DNA of 63,904 nt, filler included, from Octopus bimaculoides (Eukaryota): NCBI RefSeq assembly GCF_001194135.2. It is 6 parts of 5 records of this genome, joined end to end, with 100 filler letters (N's around TTAATTAATTAA, not from the genome) between each part and the next. Parts side by side here need not be neighbours in the genome. Positions count along the whole stretch, not along the records: positions 1 to 13,260 come from NC_068996.1; positions 13,361 to 22,208 come from NC_069000.1; positions 22,309 to 30,681 come from NC_069000.1; 3 more parts are not named here. One strand, 5' to 3'. The notes under the pieces are model-generated. The model did not search any database. It was not told where the DNA came from and was given only the letters and a program-made list of their open reading frames with translations. The position numbers and the translations under genes were made by a program. Below, one piece after another: positions 12,301-24,410 of the stretch. Position 1 is the first letter of the stretch. Each line of letters begins with the position of its first letter.

Positions 12301-12453
12301 ACCTGTATTTGTCTCTGTGTATCTCTCTCCCCTCATTATATGTGTAGTTATATNNNNNNNNNNNNNNNNNNNNNNNNNNNNNNNNNNNNNNNNNNNNNNN
12401 NNNNNNNNNNNNNNNNNNNNNNNNNNNNNNNNNNNNNNNNNNNNNNNNNNNNN

Positions 12454-12496
<43 letters not shown>

Positions 12497-13360
12497 TAAA
12501 TGAGAGACGGAGAATGAAGATACGAGAATTTTTATTAATCACTAGAATTATTTCGTCGCGTCTAGCATCGATCACTCACGGGTGGGATACTTAACAACTG
12601 GTTTAGGAGCATCCGATGGTGTAGATGTGTCTTTTCGGGTGATAAATAGATATAACTTGTCAAAATAACAGTTCCGAAAAATATCTTCTCATTTCGTGTA
12701 AAAACAAAAAAAAGCAGCAAATTAAAAGATATAACTTCATTTACATAGAAGATCAGTAATAAAATAACAAATGCCAAGAAGAAAAAACACACAATACAGC
12801 AACAAAAGTATCAAAAGTGACAGTCAACAGGTATGGATCTATAAACGCCCCCGCGTAGATTGTATGGCGCATGTACACTCGCTCATACAAACACATACGA
12901 AGATGTAAGCATGCGCACACGTGTTGATGTTTATAAGAATGGGGAGGTTAATTAATTCATATCTTAAAATAGATTATTTTAAAAGTTGCTCAAATTAATT
13001 CTCCCTGAATTGTACGAAAGCATATTTATATGCATGTAAGCATCATGAGAGTCTTTCAGAAATTCTATTAATGACCATCTCATTGGTCCACGGAATAGAT
13101 AGAGATTCCCCGGGCTAGTCAGCATCTCCTGGAAATGATATTACATGGTTGTGCATGGCTTACTATGGACCAAGTTATGTTATACTTTATTTTATCTTCC
13201 TCAAGTCGGCATACAAAATCGGTCAAAAATGTTGAGGGTCTTTCTCTCTCTCGCTATATANNNNNNNNNNNNNNNNNNNNNNNNNNNNNNNNNNNNNNNN
13301 NNNNTTAATTAATTAANNNNNNNNNNNNNNNNNNNNNNNNNNNNNNNNNNNNNNNNNNNN

Positions 13361-13590
13361 TATTTCACTGTCTTGTTTTCCGTCCGCCACTACCCTCCAC
13401 GAAAACAATTTAATTTGTGTTCGTGGGAAGAACCATTTTAACGATGTGTACTGCCTTAATTCTTCGAAACGCCGGAGTTTTAATGGTGGCAGCTGATGAA
13501 GGGGATGTTTCTATGTGGCCTGCTTGTTTGTTGCACCTTGTTTACCATTTTTGTCCTTGTTCTTTTGCCACGTCATGTACCCAGTTATGT
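13361..13590 (+). mobile_element. Interspersed repeat carrying candidate permuted hammerhead (copy 1; possibly Penelope-like terminus)
   Basis: Collinear homology with about 43355-43600; left end hidden by scaffold join. Confidence 0.6.
13432..13505 (+). ncRNA. Candidate non-circularly permuted hammerhead ribozyme, copy 1
   Basis: GUA 13448-50 + CTGCC; TCTTC-GAAACGC 13461-72; GGCAG-CTGATGA-A-GGGGA 13488-505; extra helix 13432-42/13477-87. Confidence 0.55.
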
Positions 13591-14344
13591 ATCTATATGT
13601 ACGTGTGGATGAACGTATATACATACATGTACATATATATGCATATACTCATATATTGCTTATATATATATATATATATATTTGTGGTTTTACATATTTA
13701 TAGATATATGTATTTGGCTAGAGTTACCTCCATTGGATGTATTTTGTTTTCATCTGTGTGATATATGCGTGTGTGTGTTTATATATGTATCTGTGTTTAT
13801 AAGTATATAGGTGTGTATGTATATGTGTGCATCTATGTTTGTGTATGTATATGTATATATGTATGTATATGTATATTCTTATGTGTGTATATATATTTTA
13901 AATTTTTTTATGACTAATAGTGTTCTTTTTGTAAAATTAAAAAAAAATTTTTTTCGGTTTTTGTAATGGTGAAATTTTTTGCCATGAACGGATTGTATTT
14001 TTAAACCGAATGTAGTTTTCTAGTGTTATATTTATTATTCCTGAGGATGTGTAAAGGAATTTTGATTTATTAAGTCTCTTAATGAATTCTTTATACAGAA
14101 ATATATATAGAAGAAGATAAATATGTTCATTTAATATATACATTTTTGCGCCGTAACTCCTTTATTATTATTTATATAACGAAAAGGATCGATTCTTGAG
14201 GAGTCTACATACCTTCACAGTCGTTTTTTTCTGCTATTTTGGTGATGATTTTTTGACTTAGCTTACCAATTATTTTTGTTGGTAGTTAATTTATAATATA
14301 TTGATATATATATATATATCCAACTAATTACGGAGAGAGTCAGT

Positions 14345-16350
14345 TTAGATTAGATGCAGTTTGGGTTTGTGCCAGGGAAAAGCACCACTGATGCTAATTA
14401 TTTCTGGTAAGACAGCTGCAGGAGAAATACCTAACCAAAGATAAACCTCTGTACCTGGCTTTCATTGACATGGAGAAAGCCTTTGACAGGGTCCACCGAT
14501 CACTTATCTGGTGGTAATGAGGAAACTAGGGATAGAATGGTTAGTGAGAGTTGTGCAAGCAATGTATAGAGACGCTGTTAGTAAGGTGAGGGTTGGCAAC
14601 GAGTACAGTGAAGAATTCTGGGTAGAGGTAGAGGTCCAAGGTTCAGTCCTCAGCCCCCTCCTATTTATCATAGTCCTCCAGGCGATAACAGAGGAATTCA
14701 AGACAGGATGCACCTGGGAGCTCCTCTATGCTGATGACCTTGCGCTAATTCCTGAGTCACTATCAGAACTAGAGGAGAAGTTTCAGGTGTGGAAGCAAGG
14801 ACTAGAGTCGAAGGGCCTGAGAGTCAATCTAGCTAAAACCAAAGTCCTAATAAGTAAGAAGGCAGACAAACCACAAATCCCTTCAGGTAGATGGTCCTGC
14901 TCGATCTGTAGAAAAGGTGTAGGTAGAAACTCTATAAGATGTACCCAGTGTAAGCTATGGACACATAAGAGGTGCAGCAATATCAAATGAGGGCTAACTG
15001 GGAAGATAGTTTTTGTATGTGGTAGATGCTCAGGAGCAATAAACACTGAAAATGTGCAGAAAACAACTTCTGCCACATTCCAGGGAGAAAAACTAGAAGT
15101 GGTAGATAGCTTCCGATATCTAGGTGACCAAGTTAGTAGTGGGGGTGGGTGCTCTGAAAGTGTAGCTGCTAGAATAAGAATAGCCTGGGCAAAGTTCAGA
15201 GAGCTCTTACCTCTGCTGGTGACAAAGGGCCTCTCTCTCAGAGTAAAAGGCAGACTGTATGTCGCATGTATACGAACAGCCATGCTACACAGCAGTGAAA
15301 CATAGGCCGTAACTGCTGAGGACATGCGTAAGCTCACGAGGAATGAAGCCAGTATGCTCCGATGGATGTGTAATGTCAGTGTGCATACCCGACAGAGTGT
15401 AAGTACCTTGAGAGAAAAGTTGAACCTAAGAAGCATCAGTTGTGGTGTGCAAGAGAGACGCTTGCACTGGTATGGTTATGTGGCGAGAATGGATGAGAAT
15501 AGCTGTGTGAAAAAGTGCCACACCCTAGCCTTTGAGGGAACCTGTGGAAGAGGTAGGCCCAGGAATGAGGTGGTGAAACACGACCTTCAAACATTAGGCC
15601 TCACCGAAGCAGTGACTTCTGACCAAGACCTTTGGAAATATGCTGTGCATGAGAAGATCTGGCAAGCCAAGTCAGACCATAATCCAAGGCCTCTGCCAGG
15701 GGTATAGCCGGCCCACTTATGTGTACCTTTCCTTCACTGGACACTAAACTTCGCTTGCGAAGACCTTTTGAGGCAAGTGAAATCGAAATCGAACTAAATT
15801 CGACGACTGGCACCCATGCCAACATCTCCTTCATTGGACACTAAACTCAGCTTGCGAAGACCTGTTTGGGTAAGTGAAAGTGAAATCGTGATGGCACCTG
15901 TACCAGTGGAGCGCTAAGAGCACCGTCCGAGTGTGATCGTTGCCAGAGCAGCTGTCTGGCTTCCATGCCAGTGACACATAAATAGCACCATTTGACCATG
16001 ATCATTACCAGCGTCGCCTTCCTGGCACTTGTGCCGGTGGCACGTGAAAAGACATTTGAGCGAGGTTGTTGCCAGTGCCGCTGGACTGGCTCCTGTGCAG
16101 GTGGCACGTAAAATACACCATTTTGAGCATGGCTGTTGCCAGTACCGCCTGACGGGCCTTCGTGCCGGTGGTACGTAAAAGCACCCACTACACTCTCTGA
16201 GTGGTTGGCGTTAGGAAGGGCATCCAGCTGTAGAAACTCTGCCAAATCAGATTGGAGCTTGGTGTAGCCATCTGGTTCACCAGTCCTCAGTCAAATCGTC
16301 CAACCCATGCTATCATGGAAAGCGGACGTTAAAGGATGATGATGATGATG
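14345..16350 (+). mobile_element. 5'-truncated RTE-like LINE: RT, PHD finger, C-terminus, long 3' UTR, (GAT)n tail
   Basis: QFGFVPGKSTTDA, FIDMEKAFDRV, VQGSVLSPLLF, LLYADDL, FRYLGDQV, GRGRPR; few stops; 3' end CATGGAAAGCGGACGTTAAA(GAT)n. Confidence 0.9.
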
Positions 16351-16692
16351 ATATAAAGAATAAAAAGTTTTGAATGGTACAACAATGCACTATAATACAA
16401 AAGATGGACTATATACCTGTTGTAATTTAGTTATCCATAGTCCGATGATATTTCGGAATACAATTCCTTCTTCAGATATTCTTAGATGGAGTCACTACTA
16501 TAATCTATTATCCAACAGCTTTTCTTTTTTTGGAAGCGTCTCAGCAATGGTCTCACAAAGCTCCTTCTGGAATTCTTCATGAGAAGTGTGTGAGGTTGGC
16601 TATGTCTCAATCTCGTGTGTATTGGTACCATTCAAAACGTTTTATTCTTTACAAACGATACACAATGCTTCAAGCGAACTACAATACTCTCC

Positions 16693-16738
<46 letters not shown>

Positions 16739-16910
16739 NNNNNNNNNNNNNNNNNNNNNNNNNNTATATATACATTAAACTACAGTTTACCTTGCAAATT
16801 ACCTGCAGCCGTATACCTTATACTAAGGACCATACTTACTGAGGTAATTACCAGGAGTACTTTTGGATACATCTATCCCTTAGAAGGTTTAAACACCTCT
16901 AACTTATAAC

Positions 16911-16947
<37 letters not shown>

Positions 16948-16951
<4 letters not shown>

Positions 16952-17107
16952 TGGTTGGCGTTAGGAAGAGCATCCAGCTGTAGAAACTCTGCCAAATCAG
17001 ACTGGAGCCTGGTGTTGCCATCTGGTTTCACCAGTCCTCAGTCAAATCGTCCAACCCATGCTAGCATGGAAAGCGGACGTTAAACGATGATGATGATGAT
17101 GATGATG

Positions 17108-17108
<1 letters not shown>
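16948..17108 (+). mobile_element. Short 3' fragment of the same RTE-like LINE inside an (AT)n tract
   Basis: GAGTGGTTGGCGTTAGGAAG...GGACGTTAAAC(GAT)n, flanked by (AT)n on both sides. Confidence 0.85.
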
Positions 17109-17138
<30 letters not shown>

Positions 17139-17199
17139 TATATATGTATCTAAAATAGTAAAATAAAACAAAAACTACTAAAGATAATAGAAATGGTCT

Positions 17200-17900
17200 C
17201 TGGTAGCTGTTTCTGGGATATTCCAGCCAATGGATCATCATATCAATTGAAGACTTTATAAAGCGAGTATTCTGTCATTGGAGAAATGTATGAAGAAATG
17301 TGTGATAGACAGTGATAGGAAAGCACCTCTTTAATGATATTCATTATGCTGTTTATTATGGTTTATTATGTTCAGGAAGGTAGAAGGGTTTAATTAAATC
17401 CATTTGAGTCAGTTCTTCCTGAGATATATCCTTAAGTGAATTCATTATCAAAAGAGTGGTTAAATAGTATATTAATGTAAGAATGGGGAAGAAACTACTA
17501 GCAGTTGAAAAGTTGTGTGAATAATGAGAGGATGAATAAACAAAATGTTCTAGTATCAGAGAAAGAAATAGATAGAGAAATAATCTATATATAGTGTTTA
17601 GTATATCAAAAATACATTCTGGTATGAGAAAAATAAATAGCTCTATATAGTGAGGGGTATTAAATCTTGGGACCAATAGAGGGAGGGGATGAAGTAGGGC
17701 TAGCAGATTGGCATTCCCATCTAAAGAAGTTGGGTGGAGGTGAATGTAAAGACTGACAGCTAAGGGAGAGGATGAAACACAGCATATGCCAGATTCTGGG
17801 TCTAGGGTACCAAGGATAGGGTGGGGATTGTGGATAATAAAATGAACAAATAATGATAGACAAATGTAGATATGTGGGGTCAAATCTTACTGGGGTGGAT
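17200..17900 (-). mobile_element. Possible highly decayed LINE (endonuclease to RT start)
   Basis: Weak APE-like and RT-start-like remnants only; strong purine strand bias. Confidence 0.25.
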
Positions 17901-18259
17901 ACACATTACTAACTCGCCACTAAGGAGAGCTAAAATGCTAGAAATAGGTGTCAAATTGTAAAGGAAGGATTGAAGATTTAAGAATTAAGATTTAAGAATT
18001 AAGAGTTAAGATTTACAAAGATGATATAAAACATGTGATATAAAATTAATGTAAATAGCAAGAAGAATAAGGAAGAAAAAAATAAAATAACGATAAAATA
18101 GATAGGAATAGATAAAAATGAAATAAAAAATAGATTAAAAAATAAAGAAATAAAAAATATGTGAGGATAAATAATAAAGTTAAAAATTAAAATAAGGTTA
18201 ACACTTAAAATTAAAATTTGATTTAGATTAAAAATACAAAACAAAATTTAAAACTTAAT

Positions 18260-18983
18260 TTGGAAATGACATGCTGTACTGCGTGGCATTCATGCGGGAA
18301 GCTCAAATATGAACATTTCAAAGTGTTTGGGTGTCAATCTCAGGACAGTGCATGTAACAGGAGTGATAAAAAATCAAACATCCAGTCAATATCATTGTGT
18401 TTGGAGTGATCATTAGTGATGGTGACGTTATACCTTAATTCATCTTCCCACACGGCCTCAGACTCAACATGGAGACCTACATCAAGTACCTGGAGGACGT
18501 AGTGCTGCCCAGTGTCAAGAGGGTGGCTGCTGGAAGACCCTAAGTCTGGCAACAGGACTCTGCACCATGCCACACAAGCAGGAGAACCCAGTCATGGCTG
18601 TCATACTACTTCTGCAACAACATCACTGCTAACATCTGGTCACCTAACTCCCCAGAATGCAACCCTCCTTGATTATTATGTGTGGGGTGCAGCTGGCTCA
18701 GAGACCAACAAAACTCTTTGTAACATCAAAGATGAATTGAAGGCAAGGATTATGGCAACATTCACCAACTTAAACAAGGAGACTCTCCAGAAGAGTTGCA
18801 GGAGATTCTGAAGGCGTCTGGAGGCTGTGGTTGAAGCCAATGGCTATTTTCTTGAATGAATTTACTCTTTAATTATTTCAAGATATTTTTATGTAATTTT
18901 GGTAAATATATCTGTTAAAATAAGATGTCAGTGTTATTTTCATTTTTGCATAATTTAGACGACAATATATTCACTGCAGCCTG
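18260..18983 (+). mobile_element. Tc1/mariner DD37D (maT-like) remnant with internal deletion
   Basis: HTH (NISKCLGVNLRTV), then WQQDSAPCH...WSPNSPECNPxDYYVWG with 37 residues between the last two Asp; LEAVVEANG end; 3' TIR-like end ...CACTGCAGCCTG. Confidence 0.85.
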
Positions 18984-19119
18984 CCTCTTTACACTCCTTA
19001 AAATTCTAATCATGACATATTTATTCCAAACTACTCATCTTTTATGTCCAGATTCTAAAATCCAAATCTTATAAAACCTATTGAAAGGTTTTTGTCCCTG
19101 AAAATTGGAGCACATGGAG

Positions 19120-20585
19120 CTCTAAAATGTGGGAGTTAAAGCCCCTATTAATGGGGTGGGGTCTTAAAGTCAACCAGAGAAGTTGAATTGCTGGGAATCT
19201 TTTTAAACTTGAGTCTTATATCTATTGTTCAAATTTTTTTGAAATCGGAAATATATGAATGTTCACTGGGTTTGTAAAAGAGAGCAAAGTTAGAGGAAAC
19301 CAAAAGATGAATGATCACAATAAGCAGTCAGCTACCCTACCCTAGTCGTTACTACTCCCCAATGTAGAATTCCCCACCATACTGGTGACAGGCACAGCTG
19401 TAAGATGCATTACGGATCTATAGCAATTGGAAGGACGTGACCCAACTCAAATAAACATTAATAACTGTGTGATGTGAGGGCTAAGGGGAAATGAAAGTGT
19501 CACCTCTGCAGTTTGCCAATGATCACTATGCCAATAGGTAACCGAACAGAATAAATTTACAATCTAGAAATCTCTTTGAATGACCAATCACTTAGCTGGA
19601 AACGCATTGAAATCAATGTTACCATCTGGAGACCATCTCTGACCCAGTGATAATAAAAAGACTCAAAGGAGGTCTGCAACCAAATAACTTTACAGAAAAT
19701 AACACTTTGCAACTGAATCAGTGGGAGGCAAAGATGCCTCTCCTTTACTTGACAATTTATGCACCACATTGTAGAAATCACAATCTAAGTATGTCTCAAA
19801 GCAAACTCTTACACCGTTGTACCATTGAATTACAAATAATGCTCATCTTTTATGCTTGGGTGACTCTACAGCTTCCAAGACTACAATTGTATTTGTCGTG
19901 GCTTAGGAAAACTGACTAAATTGTAGGGGTTAAGCCCATATTAAGGAGTCTTACTAACTCCTAAGAAGTTGAAATTTTAGGAATATTACTTCATTTGTGT
20001 CTAATATCTATGGTTAAAATTTCATCAACAGCAAAAATACAGGGGTTATGGCCTCATTTATGCTCTCTCACTTTCAAACATATACTGCATTACATCTGTC
20101 CTTAATAATAGGATATAATATTCAAATTTCATAAAGATCCATTCAGTAATTTTGACCTAGTTTTGGATCATAAAAAATGACTAAAATTTGGGAGTAAGGC
20201 CCCCATTAGGGGTTCTTAGAATCCTCGTGAGAATCGGAAACTTTGGGAATACTTCTTGATGTGTGTCAATTACCTATGGTTGAAATTTCATCAACATCGG
20301 AAATTTATGGATTTTCATGGGGGGGTCCTGCTCCCCTTTAAGCCACCTCAAATTCAATCCAAACATACTGCATTATACTCACCCTTATGCATTGAATCTA
20401 AGTTCCAAATATCATAAGTATCCATTCAGTAATTTTGGTCCATGAAATTGTATGAAACATACGGCATTACCCTTCTCCCTAGGCTTGGATTTTGTGTTCC
20501 AAATTTCATTAGGATTGGTGCAGTAGTTTTCAAGTCTATAAGAAACAAACGAATACACATAAAGACATTGACTTTTATCTAATAG
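19120..20585 (+). mobile_element. Non-autonomous Helitron/Helentron-like element with diverged internal repeats
   Basis: Three diverged units starting at about 19130, 19925 and 20190 with recurring AAATTTCAT motifs; terminus AAATTTCATTAGGATTGGTGCAGTAGTTTT...GACATTGACTTTTAT resembles Helitron-type non-autonomous ends (from recall). Confidence 0.45.
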
Positions 20586-20641
20586 ATATATATATGCACA
20601 TATACATACATGTATATATGTATGTGTGTGTGTATGTGTAT

Positions 20642-20696
<55 letters not shown>

Positions 20697-20809
20697 NNNN
20701 NNNNNNNNNNNNNNNNNNNNNNNNNNNNNNNNNNNNNNNNNNNNNNNNNNNNNNNNNNNNNNNNNNNNNNNNNNNNNNNNNNNNNNNNNNNNNNNNNNNN
20801 NNNNNNNNN

Positions 20810-20847
<38 letters not shown>

Positions 20848-20954
20848 TGTGTATTATATATATATATATATATATACACACACAGAAAGATAGCTTGATA
20901 GGTACAATTCAGTGGGAAAACAAAAATATGAGACACTGCCTTGAAGAATTTTTT

Positions 20955-21260
20955 GTGCATTTTTTTTATTTTGAGAAGCCTGGTACTTATTCTATTGGTC
21001 TCTTCTTGTCAAACCAGTAAGTTATGGGGATGTAAATAAACCAACACCTGTTGTCAAGCAGTGATAAGGGAGAAACAAAGACACACATACACTTACATAT
21101 ATACGATGGATTTCTTTCAGTTTCTGTCTACCAAATCCACTAACAAGGCATTGGTTGGTCTGAGGTTATAGCAGAAGACACATGCCAAGTAACCAAACAG
21201 TGGGACTGAATCCAGGACCATGTGTTTTGGAACCAAGTTTCTTACCACACCCATACCTGC
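20955..21260 (-). mobile_element. SINE family B
   Basis: Reverse-complement match to the family B head (TGGGACTGAATCCAGGACCATG) and body. Confidence 0.75.
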
Positions 21261-21273
21261 ACGTATATCTATG

Positions 21274-21322
<49 letters not shown>

Positions 21323-21374
21323 GTATATTTGCATGTATATATATATGTGGATGTATTTATATGTATATGTCTGT

Positions 21375-21786
21375 CTGGCTTCCGTGCTAATGGCCTGTAA
21401 ATAGCACCATTTGAGCGTAATCGTTACCAGCGTCGCCTTCTAGGACTTGTGCTGGTGGCACGTTAGAAAATCGTTCGAGCGAGGTCGTTGCCAGTGCTAC
21501 TGGACTGGCACCCGTGCAGGTGGCATGTAAAAAACACCATTTTGAGTGTGGCCGTTGCCAGTACCGTGTGACTGGCCCTCGTTTCAGCGGCACGTAAAAG
21601 CACACACTACACTCTCGGAACGGTTGGCGTTAGGAAGGGCATCCAGCTGTAGAAACTCTGCCAGATCAGATTGGAGCCTGGTGCAGCCTTCTGGCTTGCC
21701 AGTCCTTAGTCAAATCATCCAACCTGTGCTAGCATGGAAAGCGGACGTTAAACGATGATGATGATGATGATGATGACGATGATGAC
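21375..21786 (+). mobile_element. RTE-like LINE 3' UTR fragment with (GAT)n tail
   Basis: Same ~65-bp repeat units and terminus as about 15960-16350. Confidence 0.85.
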
Positions 21787-21854
21787 ATATATATGTATAA
21801 ATGCATGTATATATATGTACATATTACATATACATATATACATACATACATATG

Positions 21855-22100
21855 TATAGGAGAATGTACGAAAAAACAACAACAGACGAGGACAGGTGGT
21901 GTAAACAACAAAAGGATGTATTAGTATGACGCTCAGGAATACGGAAAGTCTTTAACGTTTCGAGCTACGCTCTTCAACAGAAAGAATACGGAGACAAGGA
22001 GAAAAACACGGAGAAAAAAATTGAATAGTGTTCAGTCAACGGTCAATCATAGTAATGACTGACCGGAAGTTAGAAATTTTACACAGGAGAGCTAAGAAAA
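21855..22100 (-). mobile_element. Penelope-like terminal repeat with decayed minimal hammerhead (21949-21985)
   Basis: Minus strand TCTTT-CTGTTGA-A-GAGC-GTA-GCTC-GAAAC-GTT-AAAGA; flanks homologous to 35395-35555. Confidence 0.55.
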
Positions 22101-22339
22101 GGGGAAGATAACAAAGGGGGAGAAAGAAAGGTGATCGAAGAACGAGGGGCTGTGTGTGTGAGAGATAGAATGCTGGTGATCTTGATGTATGTATGTGTGA
22201 AAATGGGGNNNNNNNNNNNNNNNNNNNNNNNNNNNNNNNNNNNNNNNNNNNNTTAATTAATTAANNNNNNNNNNNNNNNNNNNNNNNNNNNNNNNNNNNN
22301 NNNNNNNNATATATATATATATATATATAATATATTAAT

Positions 22340-23620
22340 ATTATTTCAGTTTTAAAAAACCTTTGACAATGTAAATATGTTAATAGTTACCATGGGTAGC
22401 AAAAATTACACAAAAAACCAGGATATCACACCCGTTTTATAGGTAGAGATACCAAGTTGAAGTGGTGCATTTTGAGTAGATAGATATGAATAATAACAAT
22501 AAATGGACCAAAACGCATATAAATAAAAGTTCCTTTAATTCCTACATATGTTTCAAAATATGTGTGCCCCCTTCCAAAGAAGTAAGAGCTGCTGGAATTC
22601 CACATATATTCATCTTCAGGGAATCAACATATAAAAGCAAGACAAATGCGAAATGATGAGGTAACTTACGAGCTATAATATTACATGGCCAATATAATAT
22701 TACTTGGCCATGTAATATTACTTGCTATACCAATGGTATGGTGGGAGCCTTATAATCACGTGGACGACTGTTATTTTTGTAACCTAATTTGAAGGGTATT
22801 AACCGGAAAAATCGACAAACGCTTGTCTAACCTAATCTTACCTCACTACTAGACCGGTTCTACAGTGAAGATCTTCCTGTGTTCAATGTCTTGCCTCAGA
22901 TAACTTTACCCTCAACCAAAGAAGATTCATCATCTGAAGAAGTCACTAGAGATCAAGACTTTTCAGTTGAGACTTTACCTCAGGTATTCTACCAGGCAGA
23001 GTTGAATGATCTAGTTCGTGACTTCAACCTCCAAACAAACTCTGCAAAACTGTTGGCTTCCTAACTGAAAGAGAATGGTGTCCGTATAACCTTTTATCAG
23101 TGCAGAGATGTCAGTGGGCTTCTTAATAAACTTGGCATTGAGGAATACAAACCAGAGGAATGGTGTCTTTTCATAGACAGCTCTAAGTGTAGTTTAAAAT
23201 GTGTATAGTTGCACAACGGAAATGTATGTGGTTCTGTCCCACTTGGCAACTCAACAACTCTGAAGAAAAAATATGAAGAAATTAAGTTGTTTTTAGAGAA
23301 GACACTCTATCATGATCATAAATGGGTCATCTGCGTTGACTTAAAGATGGTGAATTTTCTCATGGGACAGCAATCTGGTTATACCAAATACCCATGCTTT
23401 TTTGCATGTGGCACAGTAGAGACCAAGTAAACCACTATGTTAAGAAAGACTAGCCGCCTCGAACAAATATGGCTCCATGTAGAGCTGCCAATATTCTGGA
23501 AGAACCTTTAGTTGAGCTAGATAAGATCATTTTTCCCCCCTCTGCACATCAAACTTGGATTGATCAAGCAATTAGTCAAAGCTCTTGACAAAAATGAAGA
23601 GTGCTTCATACATACAAGCG
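22340..23620 (+). mobile_element. Decayed DNA transposase, Chapaev3-like (family name from recall)
   Basis: PMVWWEPYNHVDDCYFC, AELNDLVRD, LFIDSSKCSLK, LHNGN, WVICVDLK, GQQSGYTKYPCF, PPLHIKLGLIKQLVKAL; many stops and frameshifts. Confidence 0.7.
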
Positions 23621-24015
23621 TTTCATACAGCGCTCCATATTTTAGAGTGACAAACGCTTGTGCAATACGAATGATACCGTTTGAATATTTGAAGACGCTA
23701 TATATTAGCAACAGGAGAAAATAAAAACAAGAAAGTACAACTACTACAGGTCATAGACGAGGAGTTTCTTCTTCAGTGTGTATCTGTATATACCTGTAAA
23801 TCTATACAAATATGCACAAACAATTGGATATCCATTGATGCTCTCTCATCAACAAAGCTTATGAGGTTAGTAGCCCGTGTTCTTAACCACTACCCCATAT
23901 GAGGATTGACGGTTTAACAGTCGACGGTCCGATCATGCATAGATTGTACTGAAGTACATTATTATTGAAAGCCGGTCTCTGGTTAGGAGAACTTTGATAT
24001 GGTACACACACACAA

Positions 24016-24048
<33 letters not shown>

Positions 24049-24262
24049 CATACACATGGATATACATACATACACATATATATATATATATATATATATG
24101 CACATATAAAGATACACATCTATTTACATATACAGGGTGAGCCAAAAGTTACGCACAAAATAAGTTAAGTACGCTCCAGAAATGTTGAAGACATGATTCA
24201 ATTTTTTCTAAAAAATTGAATGAATTAAATAAAATGATGAGAAATACACACGTACTTGTACA

Positions 24263-24326
<64 letters not shown>

Positions 24327-24410
24327 CAACAACACCAACAACAATAATAATAATAATAATAATTATAATAATAATAATAACAACAACAACAACAACAACA
24401 ACAATAATGC
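24263..24410. repeat. (AAT)n/(AAC)n compound microsatellite
   Basis: Direct reading. Confidence 0.95.

Noticed and set aside
13261-13360. TTAATTAATTAA motif between N runs (also 22253, 30726, 43793, 62823)
   Set aside because: Identical 44N+12+44N 100-bp spacer each time; an artificial scaffold join. Adjacency across these joins is not reliable.
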